Assembly: GCA_964243365.1 (NCBI GenBank)
Contig: CAXTEL010000008.1
Location: 7,123 to 71,122 of the forward strand
Direction of reading: 5' to 3'
DNA: 64,000 bases
From: an uncultured Roseomonas sp.
Lineage (GTDB): Bacteria > Pseudomonadota > Alphaproteobacteria > Acetobacterales > Acetobacteraceae
Numbering within the stretch: position 1 is the first letter of the stretch; each line of letters opens with the position of its first letter. The notes below the pieces were generated by a model that was not told where the DNA came from, did not search any database, and saw only the letters and a program-made list of their open reading frames with translations. Shown here piece by piece: positions 60,323-64,000 of this stretch. A program made the translations under genes and the position numbers.

Positions 60323-61321
60323 CTACCCCTGCGGCAGGCGGTACAACGCGGCCAGGGTCAGGCGCCGCGCCGCGTTGCGGGCCAGCCGCTCGATCTCTCG
60401 GCGGTCCGTGGTCTGCGGGTCCACCGCCACCCACGCCGCCACCAGCCGGCCCCAGAACACCGACAGGTCGAGCAGGCGGTTGCGCGCCTCGTCCTGCGCC
60501 GTCGCCAGGGCCGCGTAATCGGCCGCGGCGCCCTGGCGCTCGACCGACGCTACGGCGTCGGCGTGGACCGCGGCCGCGGTCCGCCGCGGCAGCCCGACGC
60601 GCCCGCAGAGCGCGCCCAGCCCGTGGGTGAGTAGGTCATTCGCCCACACCTTGTCGCGCGCCAGCGTCGCCCGCGTGGCCGCCACGACCCGCTCCATTGC
60701 GGCGTAGTCGGGCTGCGCCGCCACGGCCGCGAGCATCCGGGCGTGCGAGTTGGCCAGCCGCTGCAGCGAGCGGGCCAGCTTCGACATCGCCTCCACCGAG
60801 CCGTTGCCGTGGGTGACGCACTCCATCACCGCGCGCTCGAACATGCCCTGGCCCGGCGGCACGCGGCGGATCGCCTCGCACAGCGCCCGCCCCGACTCCC
60901 CGGCCTGGGCGGCCAGCACGCCCACCAGCGTGGTGGTGGCGGCGTAGACGTGCTCGTCGGGAACGGGAGGCGGCTCGCCGTCGCGCAGCAGCTCCGGCAC
61001 CGGGTCGTCCGGGCTCAGCCGGTCCACGAAGCGCAGCGCCGACGGGACCAGCCGCAGCAGCCGGTAGTCCCGCCCGCCGGCGGGGATGTCCAGCGCGACG
61101 TGGGCGGTCTCCAGCGGGATCAGGAAGCGCACCGGGGCGTGGTCGCGCACCAGGCACGACTCGCCGCTGGCGTCGCGCTCGAACAGCACGTGACCGCCGC
61201 GCAGGCGGGGTGACTCGAAGTCGAACGCGGCCGGCGGCCACTCCTCCCCTTCCGCCTGGCCGGGAAAGCGCACGGGGTCGTAGCCGGCCGGGTCGGGCAG
61301 TGCGGCGGACATCGGGCGCAT
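60323..61321 (-). CDS. Hypothetical protein (332 aa), no recognisable domain
   Basis: Balanced composition, high GC3, ATG start. The N-terminal third looks beta-rich and the C-terminal two thirds helical. Confidence 0.6.
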   Translation of the reverse strand: MRPMSAALPDPAGYDPVRFPGQAEGEEWPPAAFDFESPRLRGGHVLFERDASGESCLVRDHAPVRFLIPLETAHVALDIPAGGRDYRLLRLVPSALRFVDRLSPDDPVPELLRDGEPPPVPDEHVYAATTTLVGVLAAQAGESGRALCEAIRRVPPGQGMFERAVMECVTHGNGSVEAMSKLARSLQRLANSHARMLAAVAAQPDYAAMERVVAATRATLARDKVWANDLLTHGLGALCGRVGLPRRTAAAVHADAVASVERQGAAADYAALATAQDEARNRLLDLSVFWGRLVAAWVAVDPQTTDRREIERLARNAARRLTLAALYRLPQG

Positions 61322-61431
61322 CCTGCCACGTCGGAGATGAAGGGGCCGTTTCGAGCCGCGGCCCGGTCAGGTTGACGCGGATCGGGCGCCGTCGCATCTG
61401 CTGCACCTCGCCACGCCGGAGATAGCGCAGA

Positions 61432-61827
61432 ATGCGCCGCCTGTTCCTCGCCTCCTTCGCGGCGCTCCCGCTCCTCGCCGCTTGCGCCCCGGCGGAGCTT
61501 CGCACCCCCGAGGCGCGCGTCGTGTTCTTCGAGCGCGACGACATCGAGCTGGACGCGCCGGCCCGCGCCGTGGTGGCGGAGTCGGCCGCCATCGCCAACC
61601 GCTACCCGATCGCGCCGGTGCGGGTGCTCGGCTATGCGTCCACCAATCCGTCCGCCTTCCCCGGCGGCAGCACGGCGCTGTCGCGGGTACGCGCCGAGGC
61701 GGTCGTTGCGGCGCTCCGCGCGTCGGGCGTGGCGCCCACCCGCATCAGCCAGGTCGCGGTCGGGCCCGTGCCCTTCGAGTCCGTGCCGACCGAGAGTCGC
61801 CGCGTGGAGATCCGCATCGGGGGCTGA
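61432..61827 (+). CDS. OmpA-like domain lipoprotein
   Basis: Lipobox LLAAC. VRVLGYAS...STALSRVRAEAVVAALRASGV...SRRVEIRI matches the OmpA C-terminal domain pattern. Confidence 0.55.
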   Translation: MRRLFLASFAALPLLAACAPAELRTPEARVVFFERDDIELDAPARAVVAESAAIANRYPIAPVRVLGYASTNPSAFPGGSTALSRVRAEAVVAALRASGVAPTRISQVAVGPVPFESVPTESRRVEIRIGG

Positions 61828-63659
61828 TGCTGGGCTTTCTCCGCCGCGCCGCCGCCCCGGACGACCCGCGGCAGGTCCTGCACGACGTCTTCGGCCACCG
61901 CGAGTTCCGCGGCCGGCAGGAGGAGATCGTGCGCCACGTGGTCGGCGGCGGCTCCGGGCTCGTGCTCATGCCGACGGGGGGCGGCAAGAGCCTGTGCTAC
62001 CAGGTGCCGGCCCTGTGCCGCCCCGGGCTGGGCGTGATCGCCTCGCCGCTGATCGCGCTGATGGAGGACCAAGTCGCGGCGATGCGCCAGCAGGGCGTCA
62101 ACGCCGCCGCCCTGCATTCCGAGCTCGACGACGCGGCGCGCGCGACGATCATGCGCGACCTCCGCTCGGGCGAACTCAAGCTGCTCTACGTTTCGCCCGA
62201 GCGGCTGACGCTGGACGGCACGCTGGAGATGCTTTCCGAAACGCGGCTGGCGCTGTTCGCGGTGGACGAGGCGCACTGCGTTTCGCAGTGGGGCCACCAT
62301 TTCCGCCCCGAGTACCGGGCGCTGGACGTGCTGGCCCGCAACTTCCCCGACGTGCCGCGCGTGGCGCTTACCGCCACCGCCGACGCCCGAACGGTAGAGG
62401 ACATCCGCGAGCGCCTCGGCCTCAAGGACGACCCGGTGTTCCGCGGCGGCTTCGACCGCCCCAACATCCGCATCGAGGCCGCGCCCCGCGAGAGCGCGCG
62501 GCGGCAGATCCTGGCCTTCGCGCGCGAGGCGGCGGACGGCCGCGGCGCCGGCATCGTGTACTGCTCCACCCGCAAGGGCTCCGAGCAGACCGCGGGCTGG
62601 CTGCGCGAGAACGGCCACGACGCCATGGCCTTCCACGCCGGCATGGAGCCGGGCGACAAGCGGGCCGCGCACAAGCGCTTCGCCGGCGGCGAGGCGGTGG
62701 TGATGGCCGCCACCGTCGCCTTCGGGATGGGCATCGACCGCCCCGACGTGCGCTGGGTCGCCCATGCCAACCTGCCGGGCTCCCCCGAGAGCTGGTACCA
62801 GGAGATCGGCCGCGCCGGGCGCGACGGCCTGCCGGCCCGCTCGCTGCTGCTGCACGGCGCCGAGGACATCGTCTGGGCCCGCCATCGCCTGGAGGACAGC
62901 CCGGCCTCGGAGGAGCAGAAGCGCATCGAGCGCGAGCGCATCAACCGCATGGTGGCCATCGCGGAGTCCGCTACCTGCCGCCGCCGCATCCTGCTGCGCT
63001 GCTTCGGCGAGGACCTCGACGCCGATTGCGGCAACTGCGACGCCTGCCTGCGCCCGCCCACGCTGCGCGACGGCACGGTGGCCGCGCAGAAGCTGCTCTC
63101 GGCGGTGGTGCGGACCGGTTCGCGCTTCGGGCTGGGGCACCTGGTGGACGTGCTGCGCGGCGAGCGGACGGAGAAGGTTGTGCAGTTCGGCCACGACAAG
63201 CTGCCCACCTTCGGGGTGGGACGCGACGTCGCCGCCGGCAACTGGCGCGGCGTGGCCCGCCAGCTCGTCGCCCGCGGCGCGCTGGACGTGGCGGTGGAGA
63301 ACCACGGCGAGTACCGCGCCACCGAGGCTTCCCGCGCCATCCTGCGCGGCGAAGAGAAGGTCATGCTGCGCGAGGAGCTCGCCGTCCCCCGCGAGCGCGC
63401 CCCCAGCCGCGCCGTCCGCCGCGAGGCCCCGGCCGCGTCAGGCGACCCGACGTTCGACGCCCTGCGCGAATGGCGCCGCGGCGAGGCGCAGCGGCAGTCG
63501 CTGCCGGCCTACATGATCTTCTCCGACCGCACCCTGGGCGAGATCATCGCCTCGCGCCCGGCCGACCTCGACGAGTTGGCCGCCGTGCCCGGCGTCGGCG
63601 CCAGCAAGCTCGACCGCTACGGCGACGCCGTGCTGCGGGTTCTGCGCGCGGGCGGCTGA
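61827..63659 (+). CDS. recQ: ATP-dependent DNA helicase RecQ
   Basis: MPTGGGKSLCYQ, DEAHCVSQWGHHFRPEY, Zn-finger CRRRILLRCFGEDLDADCGNCDAC and a C-terminal HRDC. The ATG overlaps the upstream TGA by 1 nt. Confidence 0.95.
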   Translation: MLGFLRRAAAPDDPRQVLHDVFGHREFRGRQEEIVRHVVGGGSGLVLMPTGGGKSLCYQVPALCRPGLGVIASPLIALMEDQVAAMRQQGVNAAALHSELDDAARATIMRDLRSGELKLLYVSPERLTLDGTLEMLSETRLALFAVDEAHCVSQWGHHFRPEYRALDVLARNFPDVPRVALTATADARTVEDIRERLGLKDDPVFRGGFDRPNIRIEAAPRESARRQILAFAREAADGRGAGIVYCSTRKGSEQTAGWLRENGHDAMAFHAGMEPGDKRAAHKRFAGGEAVVMAATVAFGMGIDRPDVRWVAHANLPGSPESWYQEIGRAGRDGLPARSLLLHGAEDIVWARHRLEDSPASEEQKRIERERINRMVAIAESATCRRRILLRCFGEDLDADCGNCDACLRPPTLRDGTVAAQKLLSAVVRTGSRFGLGHLVDVLRGERTEKVVQFGHDKLPTFGVGRDVAAGNWRGVARQLVARGALDVAVENHGEYRATEASRAILRGEEKVMLREELAVPRERAPSRAVRREAPAASGDPTFDALREWRRGEAQRQSLPAYMIFSDRTLGEIIASRPADLDELAAVPGVGASKLDRYGDAVLRVLRAGG

Positions 63660-63696
63660 GGCGGCGCGGCCGGGCGGCGGCCGCCTCCTCTTCGCG

Positions 63697-63930
63697 TCAG
63701 GTCCGCGAAGGCGGCGACCGACCGCCGCGCATGTAGTGCAGTTCCGGGCGGTACCCGGTCTGCGTCAGCCAACCCCACAGCACGACGATCTTGCGCCGCG
63801 TCCGGGCGGCCCTGCCTGCCGCCCCGCGCTCGCCGGCGCGCCGCGCCCCGGCCGGGAAGTCTCCGGGGCGGGTGTCGCCCTCGCCTCGCTCGGAAGAGCC
63901 GGTGCCCCGCTGACCAGCGACGATGAACAT
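63697..63930 (-). CDS. Doubtful small ORF (77 aa), possibly a gene fragment
   Basis: ATG with GAGAGGA upstream and high GC3, but the first two thirds are Gly/Arg/Ala-rich. Only RRKIVVLWGWLTQTGYRPELHYMRGG looks protein-like. Confidence 0.2.
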   Translation of the reverse strand: MFIVAGQRGTGSSERGEGDTRPGDFPAGARRAGERGAAGRAARTRRKIVVLWGWLTQTGYRPELHYMRGGRSPPSRT

Positions 63931-64000
63931 GATGCCGATCCTCTCGCATCACCTCGATCACCGGAGTATCTCTAAGAATTATTTCCCAAACGTCAACGAC

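Noticed and set aside
63617-63975. Alternative ORFs (114 aa minus strand, 79 aa plus strand) overlapping the 77-codon ORF near the window end
   Set aside because: Arg/Pro/Gly-rich translations without an SD or motifs.

Overview
Very GC-rich bacterial chromosome segment. Genic 60-nt windows I hand-counted are about 72-78% GC. Gene order and protein types point to an alphaproteobacterium: ppx-rlmE-guaB-rsmB-GNAT-guaA, AapJ-type binding proteins, an alpha-type flagellin C-terminus and cydDC. All calls rest on motifs read from the supplied translations; no database search was possible.

Most of the window is housekeeping or metabolic: a Nudix hydrolase, a sugar epimerase, tRNA-Gln(CUG), guaB/guaA, rRNA and tRNA methyltransferases, ispB, the hutUHI/hutF histidine utilisation genes, a Dpp-like ABC importer, cydDC and recQ.

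Accessory or poorly understood content:
1. An eight-gene, translationally coupled sugar-modification operon (3506-11075).
2. A transglutaminase / fused ATP-grasp+alpha-E / transglutaminase cluster (26520-30850), with a possible 29-codon coupled ORF.
3. A PrtD/HlyD-type type I secretion pair with a coupled 101-aa ORF and no visible substrate.
4. A GtrA/GtrB-like pair.
5. CoxS/CoxM-like subunits without a large subunit.
6. A two-cold-shock-domain protein with a long Gly/Arg/Pro-rich repeat linker.
7. An isolated flagellin gene.
8. A (CCG)9 tract giving HutH a poly-proline tail exactly at the hutH/hutI overlap.
9. A roughly 0.6-kb islet of about 42% GC (55358-55971) carrying a split small membrane-protein ORF, with a 10-bp direct repeat near each edge (the right copy lies inside the low-GC stretch).

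The longest-ORF track over-extends many genes. At least 17 gene junctions use 4-nt NTGA start/stop overlaps with GTG, TTG or ATG starts, so I trimmed starts accordingly. Many long Arg/Pro/Ala-rich antisense ORFs were rejected as GC artefacts.
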